Assembly: GCA_030832185.1 (NCBI GenBank)
Contig: JAURJQ010000030.1
Coordinates: 53,725-117,724, forward strand
DNA length: 64,000 nucleotides
Reading direction: 5' to 3'
Source of the DNA: Chitinophagales bacterium
Lineage (GTDB): Bacteria > Bacteroidota > Bacteroidia > Chitinophagales > JADJOU01
The translations under genes and the position numbers were made by a program. Positions 46,640 through 56,812 of this stretch are shown here, piece after piece; the stretch's first letter is position 1; each line of letters starts with the position of its first letter. The notes under the pieces are model-generated. The model made no database searches, was not told the DNA's origin, and worked only from the letters and a program-made list of their open reading frames with translations.

Positions 46640-48109
46640 TCAAATTTTCCAGTCTGTACCATCTTTTCCATCTCGTAGCTCTATACCGACTTGTGTCAAC
46701 ACATCTCTAATTTTATCCGAAGTAGCAAAATCTTTTTTCTCTCTACTATCTTTTCGAATATCAATAATCAACTGCATCAAATGCTCTATAGCTTGAGAAT
46801 TTGTTTCGGTACCATTCTCAAACTGAATACCTAAAACCTTCACAAAATAATCTTGTATGAGTTTATGAATATTCGCTAGGTCTTCTTGAGTTGCATGGAT
46901 AGTTTTACTATCAATTTTATTGATAAGAGTAGCCAATTCAAATAATTCCGCTATCAACTTTGAGGTATTAAAATCATCATTCATAGCCGCAGCGCAATTG
47001 TCTTTAATTTCTTCTATTTCTTTGCTCGCATTGGTGGTTTCAGAGATAGTTAGTTTGTCTATTTTTAAAAAGGCCTCTGTCAATCTATCGTAACCTCTCT
47101 CTGCTGCTATTAAAGCATCATTAGAAAAGTCTAAATCACTTCGATAGTGGCCCATCATCATGAAAAAGCGCACCACCTGTGCAGAAAATGGTTTAGAAAA
47201 AATACTAGTAGTCCCCTCTAGAATATCAAATGGTAGAAAATAATTTCCAAAAGCTTTGCTCATTTTCTGACCATTGACATTGAGCATATTAGCATGCATC
47301 CAATAGTTAGCAGGATTTTTCATGCCAGCGCCACAGCTTTGTGCTACTTCGTTTTCATGATGCGGAAATTTAAGATCCATACCACCTCCGTGTATGTCAA
47401 ATTGTTCGCCGAGGTACTTTGTACTCATGGCAGTGCACTCTATATGCCAGCCAGGATTTCCGTCTCCCCAAGGACTGCGCCAGATTTGCATATCTTCGGA
47501 TTGTGCTTTTTTCCATAGTGCGAAATCTGCAGGGTTTCTTTTTTCTTCTTGTCCTTGCAATTCTCTAGATTCGTTTAATAATTCATCGATTTTCCTTCCG
47601 CTGACAACACCATATGGATTAGATTTGACATATTTATTTACGTCAAAATAAACCGTACCATTGCTTACATACGCAAACCCATTTTCCATTATTTTTTCAA
47701 TGATTTCTATTTGTTCTTGAATATGAGCAGTGGCAGTAGGCTCTATCGAAGGACGCAATAAGTTATATGCCTTTTGAATATCTTGAAATTTTGAATTATA
47801 CTTATAGACAATTTCAAGAGACTCCATTTGCTCGGCCTTAGCAGCCAATCCTATACTATCTAATTCTAGTCCTGCACTATTAGTAATATGTCCGCAGTCT
47901 GTAATATTTCGCACATATTTTACCTGATACCTTAGATGCAATAGATAGCGATAAATCATATCAAAATTAATAAAGGTTCTAAGATTTCCCATATGTGGCT
48001 CACTGTACAAAGTTGGTCCGCATACATACATTCCCACTTTTCCAGAATGTATTGGTTCGAATTTTTCTTTTTTTCCTGTCAGTGTGTTGTAGATGAATAG
48101 TTCACTCAT
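46640..48109 (-). CDS. cysS: Cysteine--tRNA ligase
   Basis: HMGN (HIGH variant), WHIEC and KMSKAFGN (KMSKS). Confidence 0.95.
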   Translation of the reverse strand: MSELFIYNTLTGKKEKFEPIHSGKVGMYVCGPTLYSEPHMGNLRTFINFDMIYRYLLHLRYQVKYVRNITDCGHITNSAGLELDSIGLAAKAEQMESLEIVYKYNSKFQDIQKAYNLLRPSIEPTATAHIQEQIEIIEKIMENGFAYVSNGTVYFDVNKYVKSNPYGVVSGRKIDELLNESRELQGQEEKRNPADFALWKKAQSEDMQIWRSPWGDGNPGWHIECTAMSTKYLGEQFDIHGGGMDLKFPHHENEVAQSCGAGMKNPANYWMHANMLNVNGQKMSKAFGNYFLPFDILEGTTSIFSKPFSAQVVRFFMMMGHYRSDLDFSNDALIAAERGYDRLTEAFLKIDKLTISETTNASKEIEEIKDNCAAAMNDDFNTSKLIAELFELATLINKIDSKTIHATQEDLANIHKLIQDYFVKVLGIQFENGTETNSQAIEHLMQLIIDIRKDSREKKDFATSDKIRDVLTQVGIELRDGKDGTDWKI

Positions 48110-48118
48110 AGTGCGAAA

Positions 48119-49783
48119 TTATTTTACTTTATAAAAGGTGTAAATACCTTGGTGATATAATAAATTTAAATGCTTTTTATGCACAGATAGTAGATGGGTG
48201 TCATTTGACTTGGCTATTAAATAATGAGGATAGGCGCTCTCTGAAAAGCGTGTCAAGCTATCTAATGCGAATGCATGTCTGTAATCCAACGCACTATCTG
48301 AATAAAAATTAGGAATAAAACTTAGTCCACCGTAATAGTGATAAAATGCTTTTTCATTTTTATTGTTTTTGACAAATTCCACCTGAGGTCCTTGCGTGAG
48401 TTGTTCTATCTTCGGCACATAATAGAGAAGAAGTGCGTTATTAAGCACCATGCCGCCTAGAAATAGTATAAAAAATCCCACTAATTTTTTTTTCTGAAAA
48501 ACTAAAAGTAGAAAAGAAGTTAGAAACAAGATGAAAAATCCTATACCGAAAAAGATCTCAAATTTTTCCCAAGGATAATGCATGGATAACGCTTGATGTA
48601 AGGTGTCTTCATGAATATATTTTTCAAATACATTTAGATTGGCCTTAGTGATAGGCAGCAGAATCAGACAAGTAGTCCATATCAATGCACCTAGAGCAAA
48701 GAGGACATATATGATTTTCTTTATCTCCTTCCCTTCTTCTATGATATATCGGATACTGTAGGCTGCAAAATATGAAATAGGGAAATAGGCTAGGACCGAA
48801 TAATGAGCTAGTTTAATCTTAAACAAAGAGACTATAATCATGACTATGATAAGGCAGCTTGCCATACAAAGTCTAAATATTTTTTGAATGTTGGATTCAT
48901 AAGTTTTTACACGGATAGAATTGAGGGCAAAAACACTCGCAGGAAAACAACCGAGCATTAAAATAATAAACTGGAAGGAAAATCGATTGGTCCAGGTAGC
49001 CTTATCGATATTTAAACTACTCCATTGGTATTTTAGAAATGGCTCTAGGTAAGAGCTGCCGTGCCACTTATATTCAATGCCTATCCATATCATGATAAAT
49101 AACACGAAGTAAAATGTCCACCGAAAAATACTGTTATAACCAAAGCCATATCGAGCACTTGAGAGGAGAAAAACAAGCCAATAGGTAAGTAGGATAACTA
49201 TGTATCCCTCTAATCCTTTAGTCATGACTGCACCTACTGCGGCGAAAAAGCTATAAAACAAATTTGAAAAGACTTCTTTTTTTCTATAAAATTTTTCGCC
49301 ACTTTCTTGTCTCGCCTCGATGACCCTGGCTAGATTATAAATACTCAAGTAAATGAAAAAACAGAACCAAGGCTCGGCTAATCCAGATCTATGGTATAGC
49401 TGAGGGAGCAGCATTGAAATATAAATCAAGGCCCACATCAATCCAAAATTAGAAGAGTAGAGTCGCTTTCCATTTTTATAAAGAGTCAGGACCACTAGGA
49501 TAGCGCATAGCGCATTTGGAAAACGAGCAGCGTATTCATTAATACCTAGGTATTTAAAGGAAATCAATTGTAGCCAAAAAAAGAAAGGAGGTATTTCTAG
49601 AAAATAACTGCCATTGAGCCATGGCTGGAGAACTTCGTCTCGGCCAAACATCTCTTTAGATACCGAGGCTAGTATGGTCTCATCCCAGTCAAATAAATTG
49701 ACCTCGCCTATAAACGGGAAATATATCAGCCCACAGAGTAGAAATAAAAAACTTAGACGAGATAAATTGTAGAAAAAATTCAC
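48119..49783 (-). CDS. GT39/GT83-type (ArnT/PMT-like) membrane glycosyltransferase
   Basis: Polytopic, with an N-terminal DWDETILASVSKEM (DE motif loop). GTG 49783 is chosen as the start because the track's ATG 49852 would overlap gldG by 62 nt. Confidence 0.65.
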   Translation of the reverse strand: MNFFYNLSRLSFLFLLCGLIYFPFIGEVNLFDWDETILASVSKEMFGRDEVLQPWLNGSYFLEIPPFFFWLQLISFKYLGINEYAARFPNALCAILVVLTLYKNGKRLYSSNFGLMWALIYISMLLPQLYHRSGLAEPWFCFFIYLSIYNLARVIEARQESGEKFYRKKEVFSNLFYSFFAAVGAVMTKGLEGYIVILLTYWLVFLLSSARYGFGYNSIFRWTFYFVLFIMIWIGIEYKWHGSSYLEPFLKYQWSSLNIDKATWTNRFSFQFIILMLGCFPASVFALNSIRVKTYESNIQKIFRLCMASCLIIVMIIVSLFKIKLAHYSVLAYFPISYFAAYSIRYIIEEGKEIKKIIYVLFALGALIWTTCLILLPITKANLNVFEKYIHEDTLHQALSMHYPWEKFEIFFGIGFFILFLTSFLLLVFQKKKLVGFFILFLGGMVLNNALLLYYVPKIEQLTQGPQVEFVKNNKNEKAFYHYYGGLSFIPNFYSDSALDYRHAFALDSLTRFSESAYPHYLIAKSNDTHLLSVHKKHLNLLYHQGIYTFYKVK

Positions 49784-49790
49784 GTTACAG

Positions 49791-51551
49791 TTATTTAGGA
49801 AGCTGAGCGGTGGTCCATTTTCGTCTGCGTATATAGTTAAATATAATTGCAAAAATGAAGACTAAACTGAGAGGTAAAGCCAGATTGAGTGTCTTCCACT
49901 GAGTGCTCTCGGTTTTTGTGCGCTGGGCATCAAGCAGTCTTACCTTGATTTCTTTATTTCGAGCAGCTAGCAAATTATTTGGGTCTATGAGATATTCTAT
50001 ACAGTTGAGCACAAAGTCTTTATTTGCAAAAGTCTGACGAGTGAATTGTTCGAATCCCAATGGGTAAATCTCTCCTTTGGAGGATACTTCATTTCGTAAA
50101 ATATCTGCATCAGAAAGAACAATCATTTTATTATCTACGCTCCGCTCTTTGGGAGTCTGACCCGCCTCCGTTATTTTTTTTACAAAATCTACCCCTAATT
50201 GATTTTTATAAGCAGAGACGAATTTGCCTTCTAATAATACACCACATGGGAGATTAGGCTGCTTGAAATATTTAAAATCTGGCTTATCTTTGACGGCTGA
50301 TAAATGCACACGCACAGGCTCAGGTATAGCTCTACCATACGGAGAGGTAGAGAGTATCACTGTCTTTTTGATATCATTTTGAATAAGATCGAGACTCGAT
50401 GCATACTGAGCGTAGATAGGATCTAGATTTTTCCCGATAGGATGAGCAAGACTCGGTGTCAATAATGGGCTAAAAAGCCAAGGGAAAAGTAAGGGCTCTT
50501 TGGTGGCCTCATCCATAATAGGAATCGCTGCGCTTTGCTGTCCGTCTTGTACTAAATTTTTATTGAGTCGTATACCGTATGTAAATAAAATATCTTCGAG
50601 ATTCAAGTCTAGGCCATGGGACATAAACATATTGCCTTCATTGCGAAGATAATCCATTTGAGCATCCATGCCATCTAATGCCCATAGGATTTTCCCTCCT
50701 TGCATTACATACTGATCCAGCCGATATTTTTCTACCTCAGAAAATGGTTTTTTCGGTCCCGCGATGATCATGAGGTCAGTGGTCTGTGGGAACCAAGAGC
50801 CAAGACTATCTCCTTGTTTACTCAGCACTTTTTGAGTCACATCGTAGAAATTGACTTCGTACTTATTTTCAGTTAAGACATTGGCTAGGTCATTTAGTTC
50901 GTCTGTATTGAGCTCTCCATGTCCCTGCATGATACCAATCGTATAGGTTTTATTTTCTGTCAATTTTTTTATAGCATTGGCTATTTTATATTCCAATGAT
51001 ATGATAGAGTTATTGAGGGCATACTCTGGTGGATAGCCTATTTGATTTTCGAGTATCTGCACTGGCCAAGATCTACCATTGACACTAATCTGAATACATG
51101 GGAAAATAAGTTGTTCTTTAAATCCATCTTCTTTTTTCACCCGCAGTTGGGTCGGCATAAGACCTTTCGATATAAGTTCTTGCTGTATTTTAATGCGTTC
51201 GTCCTCATTGGCAGCATTTTGGGTAGGATTGGTAAATTCATATTGAATCTTACCTCCGCTTTCGCTGTTCATTTCTTTCAGTACATCCTCTGTTGCATTT
51301 CTCAATCGCAGAAATCCGGCAGGCAGATCCTCTCCGTCCAAGTATATTTTTATAAAGGCCTTGTGTTTTGAATTTTCTAATAATTTTATAGTAGAATCAC
51401 TCAGTGAATAGCGATTCTCAGACGTCAGGTCAAAGCGCTTGTAGAGAAAGGAAGCTATAAAATTGACAAGGATGATAATGGCTATAACCATTGATAATCG
51501 AATCCATAAAGTCTTTTTATCTAGTTTTTGCATTGCTAAATACTCATTCAT
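49791..51551 (-). CDS. gldG: Gliding-motility-associated ABC-transporter auxiliary protein GldG
   Basis: 586 aa. N- and C-terminal TM anchors flank a large periplasmic domain, with FDLTSENRYSLS near the N-terminus as in GldG-family proteins. Confidence 0.75.
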   Translation of the reverse strand: MNEYLAMQKLDKKTLWIRLSMVIAIIILVNFIASFLYKRFDLTSENRYSLSDSTIKLLENSKHKAFIKIYLDGEDLPAGFLRLRNATEDVLKEMNSESGGKIQYEFTNPTQNAANEDERIKIQQELISKGLMPTQLRVKKEDGFKEQLIFPCIQISVNGRSWPVQILENQIGYPPEYALNNSIISLEYKIANAIKKLTENKTYTIGIMQGHGELNTDELNDLANVLTENKYEVNFYDVTQKVLSKQGDSLGSWFPQTTDLMIIAGPKKPFSEVEKYRLDQYVMQGGKILWALDGMDAQMDYLRNEGNMFMSHGLDLNLEDILFTYGIRLNKNLVQDGQQSAAIPIMDEATKEPLLFPWLFSPLLTPSLAHPIGKNLDPIYAQYASSLDLIQNDIKKTVILSTSPYGRAIPEPVRVHLSAVKDKPDFKYFKQPNLPCGVLLEGKFVSAYKNQLGVDFVKKITEAGQTPKERSVDNKMIVLSDADILRNEVSSKGEIYPLGFEQFTRQTFANKDFVLNCIEYLIDPNNLLAARNKEIKVRLLDAQRTKTESTQWKTLNLALPLSLVFIFAIIFNYIRRRKWTTAQLPK

Positions 51552-51673
51552 TTAATAAAAGTATAAATATATCCGTTTTTAGATAAAGTTATTAGTAGAA
51601 TTTAGATTGAAGATGATAGTGAGCTATGCCCTTGTTTTGTTTTTATTTTTATAAGTATTCTATTGAAACACTT

Positions 51674-51681
51674 TATATTTG
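51674..51681 (+). promoter_or_regulatory. Candidate -7 box
   Basis: TATATTTG overlaps the track's TTG start (51679), which pushes the real start downstream to GTG 51703. Confidence 0.4.
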
Positions 51682-51702
51682 AGATACAAATTGCTCAAAA
51701 TC

Positions 51703-52437
51703 GTGAAAATATATTTTTTCTTACTTCTAGGTCTATGTTCATGCCATACGCAGCAGAGAAGTTCGAGTATATTTTTGAATGATTATGTCCTTAAGTATAA
51801 AAATCTCACATTCTCTTACAATAATACCTTTTATGCATCGAATAAATCGGATGGAGTGTTTAAATATTGGAAGTACATGAAAATAGAAAAAAACGAGATA
51901 TTAGATTATGTCTTTAAAAATAAGAATAGAAAATATCATATTGTAGGGACGACTCATATAAATCCAAATTTAAATTTAGCAGTTTATTTTCAAGGAATAA
52001 TAATACTAAAGAGAGAGTATGATTTGGATAATTTAGATAGTATTTTTCATAGTAAAAGCTATGATACCTTAACTAGCCTCAATGGCTTCGAAGTATATAC
52101 TAAGAAGGAATCTATTGACAAAAAATCTATGAATCTGCGATATACAGTTTTGTTTAAAAATAGTGATACGATTCATAAAATGGTGTTTATTGACGATACG
52201 AATTATTTCCCTCATTTAGATAAATTAGCTTGTCGTTACTTTGGTGAATATAAATACTTTGCCAGAAAACCAATTGATATTCACCCCTTCAATATTGATT
52301 CTTCTTTGCGTTCAAACAAAAAATACTTTAAGAGTAAGGCTAAAAAAGCGCAGCAGTATTTGTTGTTTTTTGATGAGCAATTGAGTTGGAAAGAAAAACA
52401 AAGAATACAAGCATTTATTGACGATTATGATAAATAA
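51703..52437 (+). CDS. Hypothetical lipoprotein
   Basis: GTG 51703 gives MKIYFFLLLGLCSCHTQQ (lipobox). No family recognised. Confidence 0.5.
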   Translation: MKIYFFLLLGLCSCHTQQRSSSIFLNDYVLKYKNLTFSYNNTFYASNKSDGVFKYWKYMKIEKNEILDYVFKNKNRKYHIVGTTHINPNLNLAVYFQGIIILKREYDLDNLDSIFHSKSYDTLTSLNGFEVYTKKESIDKKSMNLRYTVLFKNSDTIHKMVFIDDTNYFPHLDKLACRYFGEYKYFARKPIDIHPFNIDSSLRSNKKYFKSKAKKAQQYLLFFDEQLSWKEKQRIQAFIDDYDK

Positions 52438-52535
52438 TTATCTAAAAACCATAGTTCTATAATCGAAAAGAATAAGTGGATGTGCATAGAGTTAAGTGAG
52501 CTAATTTCTAAATAAAATAATTTAGAAAAAATACA

Positions 52536-52952
52536 GTGAAGGTTACAGAAAACTTTATTCGCCAGAAACTTACTTATAAGGTATTTCTATCTATGAGCTT
52601 TTTAGTGATTTCCTTGCCCATTCTTTTTAATTTCAAATATTTGCTACTCGGCGAAAAGGTAAAGGGAGTGATGATGAGAGTGGAAAGTGCTGGCAGCATT
52701 CGGTCTAGCGCGGAGGTTAGTATTATAAAATATTCAGTAGGAGACAGGAGATACGAATATATGGGCCCAAAAAATGTCATTTTTGAAGAAGGAGAGTTCG
52801 TTGAATTATATTATATAAAATCTAATCCACAAAATGCTACTCTAGCTAGTCCGCTTTATTTTTACTTTACATTCTCAGGCTTAAATTCGTTGTGTGCTAT
52901 ATTTCTTATTTTTTGGATAGCTGTCTTCTCTACCTATGGCAAACTATATTAG
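52536..52952 (+). CDS. DUF3592-like membrane protein
   Basis: 138 aa with a TM helix, a beta-rich middle (KVKGVMMRVESAG...YSVGDRRYEY...VELYYIKSNP) and a C-terminal TM helix. The start is GTG. Confidence 0.5.
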   Translation: MKVTENFIRQKLTYKVFLSMSFLVISLPILFNFKYLLLGEKVKGVMMRVESAGSIRSSAEVSIIKYSVGDRRYEYMGPKNVIFEEGEFVELYYIKSNPQNATLASPLYFYFTFSGLNSLCAIFLIFWIAVFSTYGKLY

Positions 52953-53014
52953 TGGGTTTTTTCTTTACTAATTAGGTTAAACTTGCTTATTTTGCACTTT
53001 TAAACTCAACCAAT

Positions 53015-54286
53015 ATGTCCACTGCTGCTAAGGTAGATTTTCAGTTAAAAAATAAGGTCAAGATCGTAACTGCGGCCTCTTTGTTTGATGGCCATGATGC
53101 TGCTATCAATATTATGCGCCGTATTATCCAATCTAAAGGAGCGGAGGTAGTGCATCTAGGTCACAATAGAAGTGCGGCAGATATAGTCAATACCGCTATT
53201 CAGGAAGATGCGAATGCTATAGCTATTACTAGTTATCAGGGAGGTCATATTGAATTCTTTAAATATATACATGATCTCTTAAAAGAGCAGGGTTGTGGTC
53301 ATATTAAGATTTTCGGTGGGGGCGGAGGGACTATCCTTCCTACAGAGATTAAAGAATTGATGGATTATGGTATAGCGCGCATCTACTCGCCTGATGACGG
53401 ACGGTCTATGGGTCTGGAAGGTATGATTATCGATTTACTCCAGCAGTGTGATTTTCCTACTGGCACACCTCAGAGCTATAATGACTATCATGGTAAGGCA
53501 GATTTTGCCAAGGCTTTTGAATCCTGCGACAGTAAATTTCTAGCTCGTCTTATTTCTACGGCAGAAAACTTCCCTGAGATCTTGGAAGCGGATTTGCGAA
53601 AGCTTTTCCCTGAAAATAGAGCTATGCCCTCACCTGTATTGGGTATAACAGGTACAGGCGGTGCGGGAAAGTCTTCAATGATAGATGAGATCGTTCGTCG
53701 ATTTCTCTTTGAATTTGACGATAAGCGAATAGCTATTTTATCGGTAGATCCATCGAAGCGAAAGACAGGAGGTGCGCTACTAGGCGACAGAATACGTATG
53801 AATGCCATTAATAATGATCGCGTATTTATGCGCTCTTTGGCTACTAGGCAGTCTAATCTGGCATTGTCTAAATATGTGAATGAAGCCGTGGAGATTTTAA
53901 AACTGGCTCATTTTGATTTGATAATTTTAGAGACATCTGGTATAGGGCAGAGTGACACCGAGATTGTTGACCATTCGGATGTATCGATGTATATTATGAC
54001 TCCAGAGTTTGGAGCCGCCAGTCAGCTAGAAAAGATTGATATGCTTGACTTCGCAGATATTGTAGCCGTCAATAAATTTGATAAGCGCGGTGCGCTTGAT
54101 GCGATTCGTGATGTCAAAAAGCAATTTCAGCGCAATCATAACCTATGGGATCAAGATCCTGATACTATGCCTGTTTATGGCACTATAGCATCTCAGTTTA
54201 ATGATCCAGGGACCAACGAACTATTTATCAATCTAATGAAAGTGATATCAGATCGATGGACCGAGAAGTACGCTGCTAAGAATTGA
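53015..54286 (+). CDS. IcmF-like N-terminal half: B12-binding domain fused to MeaB/MeaI-type GTPase, no mutase barrel
   Basis: [84 protein letters not shown] and [15 protein letters not shown], then a stop. Confidence 0.8.
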   Translation: MSTAAKVDFQLKNKVKIVTAASLFDGHDAAINIMRRIIQSKGAEVVHLGHNRSAADIVNTAIQEDANAIAITSYQGGHIEFFKYIHDLLKEQGCGHIKIFGGGGGTILPTEIKELMDYGIARIYSPDDGRSMGLEGMIIDLLQQCDFPTGTPQSYNDYHGKADFAKAFESCDSKFLARLISTAENFPEILEADLRKLFPENRAMPSPVLGITGTGGAGKSSMIDEIVRRFLFEFDDKRIAILSVDPSKRKTGGALLGDRIRMNAINNDRVFMRSLATRQSNLALSKYVNEAVEILKLAHFDLIILETSGIGQSDTEIVDHSDVSMYIMTPEFGAASQLEKIDMLDFADIVAVNKFDKRGALDAIRDVKKQFQRNHNLWDQDPDTMPVYGTIASQFNDPGTNELFINLMKVISDRWTEKYAAKN

Positions 54287-54301
54287 TAATTATAGAGAGC
54301 C

Positions 54302-54409
54302 TTAGTATTTCTTCGTTGCTTTCTTCTCTCTTTTTTCTTCTTTCTTTTCCTTCGCAGTTTTAACTGGTTCTTTTTTTACCTCTTTTTTGGTGTCTTTAGA
54401 TTTTGCCAT
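54302..54409 (-). CDS. Possible 35-aa lysine-rich peptide
   Basis: MAKSKDTKKEVKKEPVKTAKEKKEEKREKKATKKY, ATG to TAA. It is not in the ORF track. There is no homology evidence. Confidence 0.25.
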   Translation of the reverse strand: MAKSKDTKKEVKKEPVKTAKEKKEEKREKKATKKY

Positions 54410-54695
54410 AATTTATAAATTGATTAGTGAAGTATTTTTGAGCTTAAAATTTGAGCTAGGCTTTTAATAATTATTTCAATCACAAATTTAAGTCATTTAT
54501 AATTTAATTTGCTTCAAAAATATTTCGATCTTGATTTAAATTAGTTCAGTTTTTTTTTGAGCTTTTAGAAATTTTCAAGAAGCCTTTTGTATTACATTGT
54601 TCAGGAGTAGACTGATATTAAACTATATTGTCCAGAGCAGATAATTGAGTATGTAAAGGACAATATTTTAAAAGAGCTTTTCGATTCAAGGTGCA

Positions 54696-55370
54696 CTAAT
54701 TTAGTAAATCTGGTCTTCGATCCTTGGTGCGATGATAGGCCTGGTCATAGTTCCATTCCTCTATTTTTTTGTGATTTCCTGAGAGAAGAATCTCAGGTAC
54801 ATGGAGTCCATCCCACTCTTCTGGTCTGGAATATACGGGAGGAGCCAATAGCCCATCTTGAAAACTATCTGAGAGTGCAGAGGTCTCATCGTTGAGCACT
54901 CCAGGTATCAGCCGGCCAATGCTATCTATCAGAACCGCAGCACCGATTTCGCCACCAGAAAGCACATAGTCGCCTATCGAAATTTCCAGAGTTACATATT
55001 TCTCTCTTATCCGCTCATCTATTCCTTTGTAGTGACCACAAATCAACAGTAAATTGCCCTTAAGAGAAAGCGTATTAGCTAATCTTTGATTGTAAGTGAT
55101 TCCATCAGGACATAGATAGATGATTTCATCATACTCTCTTTCCTTTTTTAACTCTTCTATACATTTGGCTAGTGGTTCGCACATGAGTACCATCCCAGCT
55201 TCACCACCATACTGGTAGTCGTCTACCTGCTGGTGCTTGCCTATGCCATAGGGCCTAAGTGCAATGGCGCGTATAGTTAAAAGCTCTTTCTGCTGAGCAC
55301 GTTTAAGAATAGAATGGGATAGAAAACTATCCATCAATTCTGGCAGTAGACTGATTAAATCTATATTCAC
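54696..55370 (-). CDS. trmD: tRNA (guanine37-N1)-methyltransferase
   Basis: 224 aa with DDYQYGGEAGMVL, LICGHYKGIDER and SIGDYVLSGGE. The start is GTG. Confidence 0.95.
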   Translation of the reverse strand: MNIDLISLLPELMDSFLSHSILKRAQQKELLTIRAIALRPYGIGKHQQVDDYQYGGEAGMVLMCEPLAKCIEELKKEREYDEIIYLCPDGITYNQRLANTLSLKGNLLLICGHYKGIDERIREKYVTLEISIGDYVLSGGEIGAAVLIDSIGRLIPGVLNDETSALSDSFQDGLLAPPVYSRPEEWDGLHVPEILLSGNHKKIEEWNYDQAYHRTKDRRPDLLN

Positions 55371-55430
55371 GGGGTAAAATTAGTTATTCAGACTTAGAAA
55401 TTGGGTTTTAGATTAGCTCTTGGTAGGATA

Positions 55431-55943
55431 TTAATTTGAAAATAATTGAATATATTCTTCTGTCAATTGAACATAAATAGCAATTTTATCATCATCTATC
55501 GTGATTACGTATTCATCTATTAAAGGCACTAGAAGTAGCTTATCATTGCTAAGTTTTATCTCCAATGTCTCTTGGTGATTATTTTGATAAATGGCTATAA
55601 CTTCTCCTATGTTCTCATCTAGATTATAAACCGCATAGCCAACTAAATCTTCTGATAATTCCTCATCAAAAAATTGACCTAGTAAGGTTTCATTAATAAA
55701 AATTTCTCGATTATTGAGGGCTTGAGCCTGCTCTTTGCTGGAGTAGTTTGCCCATTTGATATGAACCGTATAGTCATCTATCTTTGTTAGTTTTTCTATG
55801 ATCAGGGGACTATGCATAGTACCTTTCTCGACAAATACCGCCTTGATAGTTGAATCTATTAGAGCAGCGTCTAATGTCACTAGAGTGGTGCCATCGAAGC
55901 CTTTGGTTTTTAATATGGTTCCTATTTTTATAAATGAATTCAT
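55431..55943 (-). CDS. rimM: 16S rRNA processing protein RimM
   Basis: 170 aa. IGTILKTKGFDGT at the N-terminus and a PRC-barrel-like C-terminus, located upstream of trmD. Confidence 0.8.
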   Translation of the reverse strand: MNSFIKIGTILKTKGFDGTTLVTLDAALIDSTIKAVFVEKGTMHSPLIIEKLTKIDDYTVHIKWANYSSKEQAQALNNREIFINETLLGQFFDEELSEDLVGYAVYNLDENIGEVIAIYQNNHQETLEIKLSNDKLLLVPLIDEYVITIDDDKIAIYVQLTEEYIQLFSN

Positions 55944-55944
55944 C

Positions 55945-56772
55945 TTAATTATTTATAATTCTGCGCTGCCTTACCACTTCATATAGTAATATACTCGCAC
56001 TATTAGACACATTCATAGAATCTATTTTTCCTAACATAGGTATTTTGATACATTGGTCTGCATGCGAAGCCCAAAATTCTGAAATTCCTGTGCTCTCTGT
56101 CCCGAAGACAATAGCTGCTGGCTGGGTGAAATCCTCTTGATAATAATATTTTTCTGTATGAAGATACGTTGGATAAATTTGAACGCTATGTTTCTGACAA
56201 AAGTCTAACGCATCTTGATTAGTACAGGAAACTATTTGCTTAGAAAATACGCAACCTAAGCTATTTCTAACTACATTATGATTATATATATCCGTTTGCA
56301 TTTCGGTACAGAGTATGACATCTACATTGGCAGCATCTGCTGTGCGAAATAGCGAGCCAAGATTTCCAGGTTTTTCTATATTTTCTAAAATGAGCACAAA
56401 GGGTTTTGGACTCAGCACTACATCGGCTAGTTTTAGATATTTAGCCTTAGTTAAAGCTATGATAGAGCTTTTGACATCGCGAATTGCTATCTTTTCCATC
56501 ACTTCAGTCGAACACTCATAGACTTCTTTAGCTGCTTCTTTTATACTAACATTTATATCCGTTAGATTTTTTTCAATTAGCAGTTTTTCTATTTCTATAC
56601 CTGATGCTATAGCTATTTCTATTTCTTTTTGACCTTCTATTATACATAGTCCATGCTCCTTGCGTTTGGCAGCTTTATATTTTAATTCTACAATTGATTT
56701 GACCAATTGGTTTTGTGTACTCTGAATTTCTTTCAAATGAAACCTTGTTTTATCAATGATTTTAAAGCTCAA
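55945..56772 (-). CDS. TrmH/SpoU-family RNA 2'-O-methyltransferase
   Basis: 275 aa with ENIEKPGNLGSLFRTADAANVD, FGTESTGIS and IPMLGKIDSMNVSNSASILLYE. The start is TTG. Confidence 0.85.
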   Translation of the reverse strand: MSFKIIDKTRFHLKEIQSTQNQLVKSIVELKYKAAKRKEHGLCIIEGQKEIEIAIASGIEIEKLLIEKNLTDINVSIKEAAKEVYECSTEVMEKIAIRDVKSSIIALTKAKYLKLADVVLSPKPFVLILENIEKPGNLGSLFRTADAANVDVILCTEMQTDIYNHNVVRNSLGCVFSKQIVSCTNQDALDFCQKHSVQIYPTYLHTEKYYYQEDFTQPAAIVFGTESTGISEFWASHADQCIKIPMLGKIDSMNVSNSASILLYEVVRQRRIINN

Positions 56773-56789
56773 ATTTAGTCTAGTTTGTA

Positions 56790-56797
56790 TAAATTTG
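56790..56797 (+). promoter_or_regulatory. Candidate -7 box for the M23 peptidase gene
   Basis: TAAATTTG lies 15 nt upstream of the ATG at 56813. Confidence 0.4.
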
Positions 56798-56812
56798 TAG
56801 AAACAGTATCAA

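Noticed and set aside
49784-49852. Longer N-terminus of the GT39-like ORF (ATG 49852)
   Set aside because: It would overlap gldG by 62 nt and add a non-hydrophobic leader. The in-frame GTG at 49783 starts right at the first TM segment, 7 nt after the gldG stop.
54625-54666. 9-bp inverted repeat ATATTGTCC...GGACAATAT downstream of trmD as a terminator
   Set aside because: It has a 24-nt loop, an AT-rich short stem and no U-tract on the minus strand (AGTTTAAT follows). That is insufficient for a terminator call.
56770-56777. CAAATTTA (minus-strand TAAATTTG) as a promoter for the TrmH-family gene
   Set aside because: The box overlaps the only plausible start codon (TTG 56772) of that gene, so it cannot serve as its -7 element. 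It is probably coincidental in a divergent AT-rich spacer.
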